Shown here: positions 15,805 to 30,750 of the stretch, in pieces
How positions within the stretch are numbered: position 1 is the stretch's first letter
How the letters are laid out: each line of letters starts with the position of its first letter
NCBI GenBank assembly: GCA_964035545.1
Contig: OZ037766.1
Span: 7,430,722-7,494,721, forward strand
Source of the DNA: Bugula neritina
Lineage: Eukaryota; Animalia; Bryozoa
Length of the DNA: 64,000 nucleotides
Direction: 5' to 3'
Translations under genes and position numbers: made by a program
The notes under the pieces: generated by a model
What the model was told of the DNA's origin: nothing
The model's database searches: none
What the model saw: only the letters and a program-made list of their open reading frames with translations

Positions 15805-15882
15805 AGAGTAGACAGACAGACTGGGTGTATGGATGCCGATCACAATACTCCTTTAGCTGCCAAATGGCAGAAACTGTGCTAA
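15805..15882 (+). mobile_element. Possible 3' end of a decayed Helentron-associated (HINE-like) element
   Basis: Short (GACA)n run, then 'gatcacaata', then a small hairpin CTGCCA-AA-TGGCAG. This is the microsatellite-plus-palindrome layout of such elements; the rest is not recognisable. Confidence 0.25.
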
Positions 15883-18800
15883 GAGTACATAAATTTTCAA
15901 TATTATGACAATGGAGATTCTGGCCAGACAGGTGAATAACTAGAAATAGCCACTTGAAAAGGGAACTTTTGGCCCAGGAGGATTTTAGTAATGCAATTGA
16001 ATAACTAGAAATAGCTGTTGGAAAGGAAAACCTGGTTAGGAATAATATAAGGACTGTAACATCTCCGAAATAGTATTACCTCCACTTGACTAGCATGTTT
16101 TAGTTTAGTATACAGAAGATATGATAGTCTACTGCACCTAGCAGTGTATTCTTCAGGAACAAGGTAGCTCTGGATGGGGTGCCAAGCCCTGGCTATCCAA
16201 TAACTATCCTATTGTAAACAGCACCATGGCTATGTTTAATTTTCCCCAGACAAGTTGACTTGTATGTGAACTTGTATAAGCAAGAAGCTAATTACTAATT
16301 AGATTAGTCGAACTAGAACCTTTTGTCATGTGGGTAGTCAATCAATGACATCATCGCACATTAAGATATTTTGAGAAACAAATTTACCATAAAATGCTAT
16401 AAATTACAGCAAAATATGATTAATAAGAATTTGTGTTTATGCATAATATATTGCTTCGGTTTAAGTACTGTTTTTAAACGCATGCATTGAAACCGAAAAG
16501 ATGCGAATTAGCACCGAACCTTATCCAAAAATCAGGTTAAAATTTTGGCTATCTAGGATATGATTGACAGACATTTGACAATGGATAGTAAATCAAGATT
16601 ACGATTTCTTCACAGTAAAATCACCAAATGTATGTCAATTGTTTTAAGTGAATTTACCAGGTATTCAAACTTATCATTGGAATGAGAGCTATAATATGAG
16701 ACAATAATAACATCCTAAAATATACTAATATATGTGCATTCTACCAACAAATTAACTTTATCAACATGGGTTGAATAGCAGAGTATAATTGACACCTTTG
16801 ACATTCACTTCCATGTATTTTCCATCATTTCATAATATTTTTAGAAACCATCTCCCAAACGGATACTCTAGAATGCATTAGTAAAAAGTAGGTCTATATA
16901 AAACCGTCATGTTTTAATGTATTAAGTTGGTGTGATACAAACCTGAATAAACAAATCATCAGTTGACAGTTTTCTCCCTTTCAGAGTTATGCTACCATGG
17001 TCCTATCACGAATCTTACAAATATCCTCGCATGAGTGAAACTAACACAGGTGTCATAATAATTATTAATACAAGCAGTTCTATTTTAAAATCTTCACCGG
17101 CGGAAAAAATATTTCAGCAAGTGAAAGCAATCAAATGCAAGTAAATCAAGTTGTTTTGATTTTTAAGGCGCTTGTATATTATATATTCTGATATAAATTC
17201 ACAGGCATTAAAGAGTATAATACAGGAATTCAGAAGGTGAAACAGCTCTAAGTAAAACAAACTCATACAATGTATACCAGAGTCCAGAATGTTCAACAGA
17301 ACAATGATTTTAGCTAATCTTGTAGGAAGCTAATGAGATTTAGACTTAGTTACAGCCTACCACCTGGACGCTATGTAAGCTAGCAAGAGATAAGTAGCAA
17401 CTGTAAACAAAGCAATAAAATTAGGAAAAAAATTGATATTACATGTACACTAGGGTTAAATAATATGCTTGCGTAGCATAAAATATTTAACTAATTTGTT
17501 TTTCTCTCATTTGTAAAGTGGTTATTAAGTTTACTAGTTCAATATGTTGCAAGTATTGATTGAGCTTTGCCGTTACTTTGTTGGTAAACTTATGGCCAGC
17601 AGCTACTGGCAGATTGCTAATTCAATATACTAAATGCACTTAGAATTATATAGAACAAGTTTCAACTAAAAATGTATTAACTGTGAAAATCCGGAAGTGG
17701 GCACCAGTGTTTGCTCCGTCAGGGATCCATTTCCTCCAAGTGCATTCAGTGACGCTGCCAAGTGTCATGTTAAAGATGGAGGAATGGCAGTTTCAAAGAA
17801 AGCAATGACTAATGTGACTTGACGCTAGAATGGATCAACACTTATTGGATTAGCTTAATTTCCTACTTATTTATACTCATGTATAAGGATAGACTAGGCA
17901 AGTTATTTCATTCTAATGTATCTAAACTAATGCAACTAGCTTCTAGTAACTTTTACATGTTTAAATAACTAACAAAGCAATATTAAGACTTGGTCTTATC
18001 GTCATTTGATTTACACTCAAAATTTTCTCTTTAAAAGTTGTAGTTGCACATCAAATACACAAGCATTTATAGGTGCACAGCATGTTAATATTATTGAATA
18101 TACTTTATTAAATACCAGATTATATACTGGGGAAACATTTGCTATATTCAGCAGTTCCTTTCAATAAGTAAAGAGCAAAAAGTACAGGAAGTCTAGATAC
18201 TTTCACTAATAAAAAAAAACCTCGATAACTGATATATCAGCACTGTCCAGATGTTCGGCAAAACATACTTATTAGCGTTAAATCTGAATACGAAGTATTA
18301 TTTATATAAGACTGTTTATATTACAGGTTTGCATCTTGTTCAGGTGTAATTACATTTCACTTTTAAATTGATGAGGCATATTCCATCTTACCACAACCTT
18401 ACCTTAGTTTATGCATAATGAGAGATTAAAAAAAGTCAGATATTTCTCAGTAATGGCTACATCCTGCATGATGTAATGGACAATACAGTAGTCACTAACT
18501 GCTCAGCAAAAGTAATAAATATGCATTCCCTCGTTATCTACTCAAGATGATTTGCAAAAAGTGGTTAATTACCTTTAAATCATCAATTCTTTCCAAGTTT
18601 TAAACTAAAGATCTTATATATTTATTTATGGAAAACTAAATTACATATATTTATGGGAAATTAATGACTTGTTGTATTTAAATGGCCACTGGTAATAATC
18701 CTAATTGACCAACACCACTTTGGGAAATTATACTACTTAATCAGTCCTAATTACATCTAATCAGCCATTCTAGGTACCTGGCAAATTACTGCAACTTACT

Positions 18801-21800
18801 TTTAAAACTGTATAGCACTGTAAACATAAGCGTGGTTATAAAATGTACAAAGCAAAATTGGAGTAATTTTAATTTATTCACTTACTGAAACACAATTTTA
18901 ATGGATTAAAGAAAACCAGCTTCAAATTATTTACTTGAAAGGTATTAATTAATTTAAATAATTGTAAATTATCTATAATCATAGTAGAACTGTGATTTCC
19001 ATGTTACATACAATGTGACACTGGTGCTCTCACAGTTGTTGAGTAGTATCTGTATTAATAGCAGTCATTTTGGATGTTTAATTTTGACTATTGAGTGTTT
19101 GCCTCATACTCTATATGCAGAAAAGTGCTTTTACTTCTACACTCTAAAGATTTCAGCTAAAGTGTGTCATCATACCCATTAAAGAAAAATAATGACTAAT
19201 GTTGAGATTTTCTGACCAGCTTTGAAATGTATATCAATATAGTTGCAGAAGAGTGGTGACTGCCTATTTCCTTCTTAACTCAAACAGGTAGCCAAACACC
19301 CCTGTAGTGAAATTAGTGGGAGTTTGCTCAGCTATCTGAGAACCCTTAAAGAAAAGCTTTCTACAGCCCAGTGAGTGCTAACTAAAAAACCTCTGGCACT
19401 TGATACTAGCTGGAGCTAGTGAACTAGTTAAAATTTGTAGAAAGCAAATATAAGTAAGTCATTTAGATTGTTCATATTGTTTCTTTCTGTGGAATACACT
19501 TGTTTATATTTTTCATATTGTTTATTTAAGTTTATGCTGAGATTATATAAATTTTGAATTGCAATTGTAGTCTTGACAATGTCAATCAGTGTCAAATGGT
19601 GTCAAACAGTTTCAACAAGCATAAAGTTAGAGTAATAATATAATAAAGGACACCCGTGAGGATTTATTGCTTAAATCACAGCCTAGTTCACTACAACTCC
19701 TATCTAATAAATTTATACAATCATTATTTAGAAAGTTGGAGTTACGTCACTTGATATTCAAGGTATCAAAGGTACTTTCAGTGTCCAGTTTTCGTGCACT
19801 AAATAAATCTAGGATACACAACTTTGAACCTGGATTAATACTTTTTTCTGCTACTTGAATCCTTTATCAATGAATACCCAGTTGCATGAGCTGGCACCTA
19901 GTGAGATGTCCTGAAATTAAAAGACTCTCATTATTAAAAGACCGACTACTTGTGGTGGGATAGATCTGTAAAAAAAGTAAACAATAAATTAGTGCGGCAA
20001 AATGCAGTGACAACAATGTATTTTTACGGTCAAAACGTACAGTCGTCTGCAAGTCCTGTCTGTATGCGAGTTCATTTTTACAACAAATTAGCATATAATT
20101 ACATGGCAATTACTTAAAAGGAACTGCATAATCTCTTAATGATAAAGGACTCAGCTATGAGAACTTTTCACACGCTGCAAACAGACAATGTAAGAACAAA
20201 AAATCGTGAACCGCAGTTGTTGATAGAAAGTTATTTGTTCCGGAACCTTCTAGATTTCACACTACATGAGTCAATGCTTCCTTGGGTAATGAGAGAGGTC
20301 ATCCAGATGGCACAAACTGGCATTTAAATATATTATAATTATTCTTGAACTATATAATAACAGTGGGCACAGGATTCTGTCTAGGCCATGGAAAGTTCAG
20401 CCATTATCACTTTTATGGTGTTTGCTAGTTAAACACAGATCACTAAAAGTTAAAGGTAGCACTATCAATCACCTGTCCATAAGTTGACCATATCATCCCA
20501 AATAGGTAACGGTAATAGCCTTCTGCCCTTTCCTAAATACATCACATCGCATCGAGAATGTAATATTACACCACCTTTTCGATTGTACTCAATGCCAAAC
20601 TTCTAAATCTGCAATCTTCTAATTGATAATGATCACATTACTTTGATAAATTGTAAGCTAAATTTATAAATGCACTTGACAAAATGAAAAACAAATGACT
20701 AATAAAAGAACAGATTGAAAACTTGATTTTTTGATTCTTTGCTCAACAAACCAAAATAGTGACGTGTTGTCAATAATAGCTTTAGCACCCTAGACATTTA
20801 TTACTTGGATATAAATGATAACCGTAGTATACAATTGATCAGAACTGAGTGATTTAGCAATGCTGAAAATTAATACCAAACCCATAGGATTATTCTATGC
20901 CTCAAACTTACTTAATAGTTTTTACTGGCTTCTATTATACCTTAAGTTGCACACAATAGCGTGTGACATATCTAGGGTAGTATAATATCTCTATTAGTAA
21001 AGTTATTACACAACTACATGTAGGTGTATCCGAATAGTTGCTGCGTAGGCTACGCAGTCATTCCTCTTGCTACATTTTTCCACTAAAATCAAGCTAATCT
21101 TATGGTAGTCCATAAAAATGTAGCAATCAGCAACAAACACAATAAGCAACAAACACAATAAGAACTCTCTTGAAAGTAACTATTTAACAATAGCTAATAG
21201 CTATACCTGCTGCATAAGGCTATAGATGGTGGCAGAGGCAATAATTGGCAAGTGCCAACTTGGGAGCAGGACAAAGGTATTGTTTGAACATTATAATATC
21301 AATTGAAAGACGCAATAATTTTGAAACATGCAAGATAAGCCTTGGAAAAGTTATAATGTAAAATTGAATATATGTTTGCTATAGAATGGTGAATTAAGCC
21401 ACTTTTCTTACAATACAATGCTTTTAGTGCCAAGTCCTTACAAAGGTCATTTAATGGCTGGGAGACAACTCCACAATACACCTTATGCTTATAAACATTT
21501 TCACGATGATCCTGTGATATTTTAGGAATTACTTAATAGTATTTTAGTAGAAAGGCTAATATACATGAAACTTTAACAGTACTATATATCAGCATACTAT
21601 TCAAGATAATAGAGGTATTATTTAGAGCTAAAACAACTTACCCATAATAAATAATTCATTCATTTGTCTGAGGTCAAAGCAAGCACATCTCTTACATCTC
21701 AGGTTTGTAATACAATAGGTAGCTAAGCTATATATTTAACTACAAAATGAAAAATAGTTGAGTAAATTTCGATTTAAAGAAAAACTGTCTTTAAAAATAT

Positions 21801-22724
21801 GCATCATATTCCATTCAAACTACATATCAGCAGGGTTCAGTTCTGAGCAGTTTTCCAGCTTTTGCAAAAAAATGCAAATAAACACAAGTTGAAATAATAG
21901 GATAATCAAGCGGATAACTCCATGTAATGCATGTAATCCATGTAGCAATAATAATAGTGTGTACTCATAGAGAAAATAACTCCCATTATTTCCTTCAATC
22001 TTGTAACAGCCAACAAGATTTTACCAACTTGACAGTTTAACAATACTATAATTATTTCACTATCTATAACATTTTTCATTTTAAAAAGCTGTCAACTTAT
22101 ACACTCCAGGTAAACTACATACCATTGTACAGATGAACTGATGGATCCTATAATGAATTTCACTTGTAATGTATAATAGCTATGTAAACGTTATGCACAC
22201 ATCTATTATATATCAAAAGCTGTTGAACCAGAAGATCCAGCATCAAATCAAAGCCCATAGAAGGCCCATGTAAAAACACATCAAATTTTCTTATGGATAT
22301 TGATATTTGCCAGCATCTTGTATATATCAAATATAAATTCGGTGACTTTTCATGAGTACCATCAAACTCTTCATGCTCCCGGGTTAGCGAGTCTCTCCAA
22401 GCAACAAAAGGTTCCAAGTATGCTCATCAGTTAGTAGAGCCACAGCAATTTATCTCGTATTCAAGTCATAAGCAAAGCATATTTGCCAACCAGTAAAAAA
22501 CTCTCACTTTAGTTCAGCAACTCATGGCAATTAAATGGAAGTTGGATATTTACAGGTCTTAACGGCTATATCTCCCATCATTCATCACTGCTAGGTTATA
22601 TATTAATGTTTCAGAGCAGCACATTCAACATTGAACTAGCATTGCTTTGCAGTAAGTACATTTATAAATTTACATACTCTACAAAAGCAGGAACTGCTAC
22701 ATTTTTAGAAGCAATAACCTATAT

Positions 22725-22822
22725 CTATCAGCCGAGATAACTGGACAGCTGTTATAGAAACTACGCTACCCACTCTTGAACTAGGTAAATTTCAGCACGA
22801 AGCTAAAATATCATCATATAGC
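22725..22822 (-). ncRNA. Candidate box C/D snoRNA (SNORD1/snR38-like guide, possibly degenerate)
   Basis: Minus strand: C box ATGATGA (22817-22811), internal CTGA, terminal CTGA (22731-22728), 3-bp terminal stem. Sequence before the D box, CCAGTTATCTC, is complementary (one G-U) to conserved LSU rRNA GGGAUAACUGG. No evident host intron. Confidence 0.3.
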
Positions 22823-23027
22823 AACATCAGTTCCAACCAAGATGAGGAAATAAAGGGGACATAACCAATTTCAGTTAACTACACATCCCCTTTAGTTTTC
22901 AATTATACAATTTTAATGTAAACCATCCACTTACAACAACGAATAACTATATAAAACAATACTAAAATTTTTGCTCACTGACAATACTTTATTTCAACAG
23001 AAACATAGATAAAGGTAGATATAATAT

Positions 23028-25105
<2,078 letters not shown>

Positions 25106-25113
25106 TTTGTCGC

Positions 25114-25151
25114 GGAAAAGGACCCAATTGTCGTGAAAACGGATATATAGA
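25114..25151 (-). promoter_or_regulatory. RPS17 core promoter: TCT/5'TOP motif and TATA-like box
   Basis: Minus strand TCCTTTTCC (25122-25114) lies 8 nt before the ATG; TCTATATATCC is ~25 nt further upstream. Typical ribosomal-protein promoter. Confidence 0.8.
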
Positions 25152-25566
25152 GGCGAGAATGGTATCGGAAAGTAGTGACAGGAAAAGATAACTCCGTATG
25201 ATCTTATCATACGCGTTTTGAGTGCAATTTTCAACAGTGGAGTTAAGCCCTTTGGTGCAGTTCATAAAGAATAGGCAACCCAGAGAAAAAAACACATGCT
25301 TTACTGAAGTGCAACAAAAATTATACAAAACTTCAAAGTTGCAGCTATTACATATTTACAATAGGTTCATGACTTAACAGAGAGCAGCACTGCATTGTCA
25401 AAATGACTGCTAGTTGTTATTTAAAATATACTATTTTCATAAAAGATAGATGTTTCAAATTGTATGGGTTTTATTTTTTCAGGTAAATCATACAATACTA
25501 TATATATGTGCAAATAGAAATTTCATAAATAGAAAAAATGATTCAAATAAAAAGCTACTATAATAT

Positions 25567-26732
25567 TCATGTATGATGAGCAGTAGCTGAGATGCACTGA
25601 TACGGTTTGTGAGTCACCTCATCAGTTAAATATGTGATGTGAACATCTAAAAATCCAACATCTTCTAATGTTTGCATATATGCTAAGAAGTCAACATTGG
25701 CATGATTGAATCCGCCAGACCGCCTTCGTTTAAGTATGCTGTCTATATTCTGCACAGTTAGAAGCCTTCCTCCTGGTTTTATGACTCGTAAAAGTTCAGT
25801 GCATGCTTGAGGAATATGTGGCCAAAAATAGAAAGAGTTAACACTAAAAGCTGTATCTATAGTCGATGAATTTAGAGGTATGTTGTGAACGGAAGACTCA
25901 AACAATATTACTTTTGAGCTGGCAATTTCGGCATATAAAAGCTCTTCAGCATACTGTAAGGCTAACTGTGATATATCTATTCCATAAACTTTGCTAGCTT
26001 TGCCTGTAAAAATGATTATGTCGTAAATTGTAATATGCAAATAGAAATTTATCTAAACATTACCATATTACTGTAGCAAGCTATTATAGATCATAGGGCT
26101 ACAAAGTGAAGTGATGAACATGACATATCAGTAATTTTCTCCATAGAAAATGTAGTATAATTTCTTTTACTGTTGAGCGGAAACAAGACTTGAAATCTAA
26201 TCTATTTTCATCAAGTAGACTAAATAAATCAAAATACCCCATAAAAGTTTTCAAAAAATAGCAAATAATTTTGTGCACACATTAACCACATTTACTAAAG
26301 AAAAGTGCTTCTATACACACTCTAAAAATAAGAATATTTGACAAACCTGTATTTGCAGCATACTGCAAGCCTAAACCATGACCAAAACCAATTTCTAAGA
26401 TATTTTCCCCTTCGGATATTTTACAATGATTCACAGCACATCTTTCTAGATAATTATTCTTTCGTTTCATCTAAAATTTGCAGCAGCAAATACTCATGCT
26501 AATATAACAAGTATAAAAATTATAAAATATATCGGACCAACACTTTGCTCATGTTTTTGACTAATCCTCACGGATATGAAATACATTTTTGTACTACAAT
26601 GAACATAAAACTGATGTGCTTAAATGCAAACAGCTTTTTTTCTGAGCTCACCATTTGCATCACTAAATGACCCTTCCATGAGAGCTGTGGACTCGCTAAA
26701 TTTGCTCCAACTGTCTTTCGAATATAGTTCAT
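25567..26732 (-). CDS. Class I SAM-dependent methyltransferase (Methyltransf_11/UbiE-like), ~213 aa; exons 26732-26652, 26470-26347, 26003-25567
   Basis: Motif I ILEIGFGHGLG, motif II VYGIDIS, IPLNSSTIDTAFSVN and ELLRVIKPGGRL. GT-AG introns in phase; an acceptor at 26746-26747 implies an upstream 5' UTR exon; AATAAA at 25475-25470. Confidence 0.9.
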
Positions 26733-27179
26733 GTTTTTACTGAGCCTAGAAAAGCTACAAAAATGGTAATGTTGAGTGCACAAACATTGACAATATAAAA
26801 ACCTGGTAAAATAATATGGCTTGATGATAATAATTATAACTCTTTGCCTGTTTGAGTTCCACTAAGCGCAACATCAGCTAAAGTAGCAACAGCTCACACT
26901 TACAGTATGACAGTATGGCAAAACCTATGTTATTATTGCTAACAATCAAAATTATTAAGTGCACTCCTGTATTGAGCTAATTAGCTACAAGTATGTCTGC
27001 AAAAATGAAATTGTGCTTTGTATACATTACCACTATTTCACTCTTTATGTATTAGTTCTGCTTATCTTCACATTGTTTGTGTGTATTTTGTGTACTTTCT
27101 AATGTGCAGTTTCTTTATCTACTTTCAGTTATAAAGTTTTTCTTTGCATGTGTTCATGCAAGTGTAGATTCTTGAAAAT

Positions 27180-30100
27180 ATTATTTATTTTTATCCAATA
27201 ATTAGGAGTAATAATTAAAATTAAAAGCAACTTATATAAGAAAGGTTATAAGTCATATAATGATATACAGTAATATTATTTGATTACTGCAGCCAATAAA
27301 TTTTAACATCATAAAAATATAGTTATTGGGATTGGCTTCTTGTTGAGGTAGCCTGAGTAATTTCTATAAAGATGCTATTAAATCAGCATAATAACCATAA
27401 TCATAATGTACCAATTGAAATGTATTTAAACATTTTTTTTATAAGTTATGGACTATAGGGTATTAGTATAAGGATAAGGATAATATCTAAAAATGAAATC
27501 AAGCAAAGTTGGGCTTTATCTTGCCTAAATTTAAACGATTTACAACAAGTCATTAAGCTTAATACTTGAAACCTCAAAGTCAAAATGGTGAATAATTTCT
27601 ATTGCAAATCAACTCTTTTCAAATAATTTAAAGTACTTGTTTCGAATTGACTGGCCACTTAAAGTTAAACTTAGCCGTGACTGATACTTAAAAACATAGT
27701 CATACTCTAACTCATAGTGATTCTCATACTGCTTTGAGCATAATCATGGTGTATCAGTACGAGTATCAAGTATAGCTCTATAGTCTATAAGTATCACTAT
27801 GAGTACGACTTATCAGTAGCAGTCAAAATGAAAATGGTGCCACTACAAGTACATCTACTACTACCAGTACTACTACTACTACTACTACTACTAGTACTAG
27901 TACAGGTACTACTACTAGTACTAGCAGTACTATTACTAGTACTAACACTACTACTAGTAGTAGTACTAGTACTACTAGTACTACTACTAGTAGTAGTACC
28001 AGTACCACTAAGTGACTACCACATTTGATAAACTGAAACTCAAAGTTTACTTCTTACTATGACATTGAAACTCACATTGACTATGACTATCACTCTCATA
28101 GTCATTGTAACACTTACACTAGCACTATTACTATGACTAACACTAACAGTAACTCACAACTGACAATGACTGTAAGACAAAGTGAAAGAGTAACTGTAAG
28201 TCTAAGTCAAGTCTAAGTAAGTGCATGTCTGTATCAGTGTATGACTATGAGTATGACATTGACTGTATCACTATCACTATCAGTATCACTGTCACCATCA
28301 GCATCAGTATCACTATCAGTATCAGTGAATCACTATCACTATGAGACATGAGTATGACTATCACTATCACTTATCAGTATCAGTATCACTATCAGTATCA
28401 GGTAAACTCAACAGTGAATGTTATTATCATTATGACGTTGAATGTTATTTAATTTACTGCTATAACTATAAAACTAAAGACCACTTTATGTAATATAATA
28501 TTCATTTATTTAAGAAGTATGAAATAATATATTGTATAGTAATGCCAATGTCAATGTGTATTTCTATGAAATAGCAAAACTGATTGTATTCAAATGGTTG
28601 TACTTTCCAATGTTAGCTATTACGGTGTCATATCACGATAACTATCAAATTAATACGAGACATCGTTGTAGTTTATAAGAAGAGAAAACTGACTCGGTAC
28701 TGCGCCCTGAAAGGAAGTACATAATGATAATGCTAAAGGGCAAGCAATAATTTGTTTAAAAAAAATTCAATTGTAAAATACAAGTAACTCACCTCGTAAC
28801 TATTAGTGTATTACTATCATCACCACGATAATCATGTCAGAATTATATTTCATTTATTAGTTAATATGTTGAAACTGAAGGATTATGTTGCAAATTGAAA
28901 GTTTCAGATATCATGATGATGATAATCATGAATTAAAATATAATCATTAAATTTATTTTTAATGATCTCGACACTTTCCTGATAAATCATTAATCATTAA
29001 TGATTTTGATTATATTTAATTTTATTGCTCAATCTCAAGTTTACAGTTACACGAACACTTACACTAACGGTAATACTGTTAGTGTTACAGTAACACTATG
29101 AGTATGACTAACTCAGTAGCTGTAAGTGTGTCTGTAATACTAATATTACTATTAGGAGTAATATTAATAATAATACTAATAGTAATAGTAATTCTAACTG
29201 TAGTACTAATACTGTAATAGTAATAGTAATACTAATAGCAAAGTTAACTTTTACATTGTCTTTAGAGTTTAGTCTTGACGCTGTCGATTGTCGTTTAACT
29301 TTAAACTTAAAGTTTAAAAGTTTACTTTTAGTTGTACACTTTGACTTACAGTTGCTTAGTTACTAATTTACTTGGTAATCTTTAGAATTAGTGCTAGAAG
29401 CAGGTTTGGTCACAATCATTAGTGATTTGTCACATGATTCAGTTTCACAGTGGCAGTACTCACCGCCAGTAGTTACTAGTAGTAGTTTGTTTGACTTTTA
29501 GTTTGTGTCAAACTTGAAATTAAATAGTAATTTGAATTATTCAATTTACTTGTACTTACAGTTGTAGTTATACTCATGGTCATACTGATACTCTAATACT
29601 AATACTAATAGTAGTAGTAATAGTATTACTACTACTGTTATAGGTTATACTATAGATGGTTTTATAAGTTCCTTATAGTTATACTATTAGTATTAATACT
29701 AGTAATACTAATGCAATACTAATACTTATAGAAATTAACTGAAGTTGAAAAAGTAAAACAAACTGAAACTGATTGAAAATGTGATCAAAATCAATATTAG
29801 TATTAGCATTACAACTACTATTTTTATTAGTAATACTATTAGTTAGTAATACTATTAGTTAGTATTATTATTACTATAACAATTTAACTGTTAGTATTAG
29901 TAATAGTGTAAGTATTACTATCACTATGACATTGATTATCACTATAAATATCAATATTAATATAGAATTCATAACCAATATCATTGATAGAATAAATACA
30001 CTCATTATGATTATATTTATAATGTTACTTCAACTTGTTTTATAATTGCTGCTATATAATAGTTTTTGTAATGACCTTAACCTTTGCAATAGTGATTTAA

Positions 30101-30330
30101 AGTTTAACATAATAATATTGTTATTTAATTCAATATACTCAATATATATTTATGATATATTATGATAGCAATATTTATGCTGATTCACTTATTGTAATCC
30201 GAGTCAATATCAGTATTAACATACATGTTAAATTGAATTCATGGTGATATTCATAAAAATTATGATAATATAAATCTGAATAACACTATGTTTATATTTT
30301 GCCATGTATATTTTAATATTCTGTGTATGC
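27180..30330. repeat. Long low-complexity tract with 3/6-nt periodicity (ACT/AGT, TATCAC/TATCAG/TATGAC/TATGAG, TACTAA/TAGTAA units in both orientations)
   Basis: Read directly; strongest at 27690-28400 and 29040-29960. Boundaries are fuzzy. Confidence 0.8.
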
Positions 30331-30750
30331 ACAGAAGCTCAGATTATATTTGTTACTTTAGTCATTTTATGTGCAACCATCATTAGTTTTAAGCATCATG
30401 ATAGCAGTGTTGACCGTCATTATTTTTTTAATATGATCGGAATATTGTTATTTATGAAATAATTGGTGTCAATTTTTTGACATTCATTTGGGTTTCATGT
30501 AATTTATTGCAGCTTTTTATTTGCATTTTATGTTTTGCTAGACACTACCTTATAGGTTTTGTCTTGTTTGTTAACTTTCATTACTGACCACTCTTGCTTT
30601 ATTACTTTGCATAAGTAGCACCTTTAGTAAACAAAAACGTAAGTATGATTTTGGTTTCTTTAGTAGTTAATCATTTCCTTGTAGTGACCGGCTGTTATAG
30701 TGCCTACAGTACTATGACATAACGTTGTTGTGAGAAACAGTGAGTATAAG

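Noticed and set aside
22514-22588. Second C/D-like box pair (GTGATGA...CTGA) on the minus strand
   Set aside because: Poor terminal stem, no D' box, no recognisable rRNA/snRNA complementarity.
27823-28028. Leu/Val-rich ORFs and a Thr/Ser mucin-like frame
   Set aside because: By-products of ACT/AGT repeats; flanked by stops and frameshifts, no splice support.
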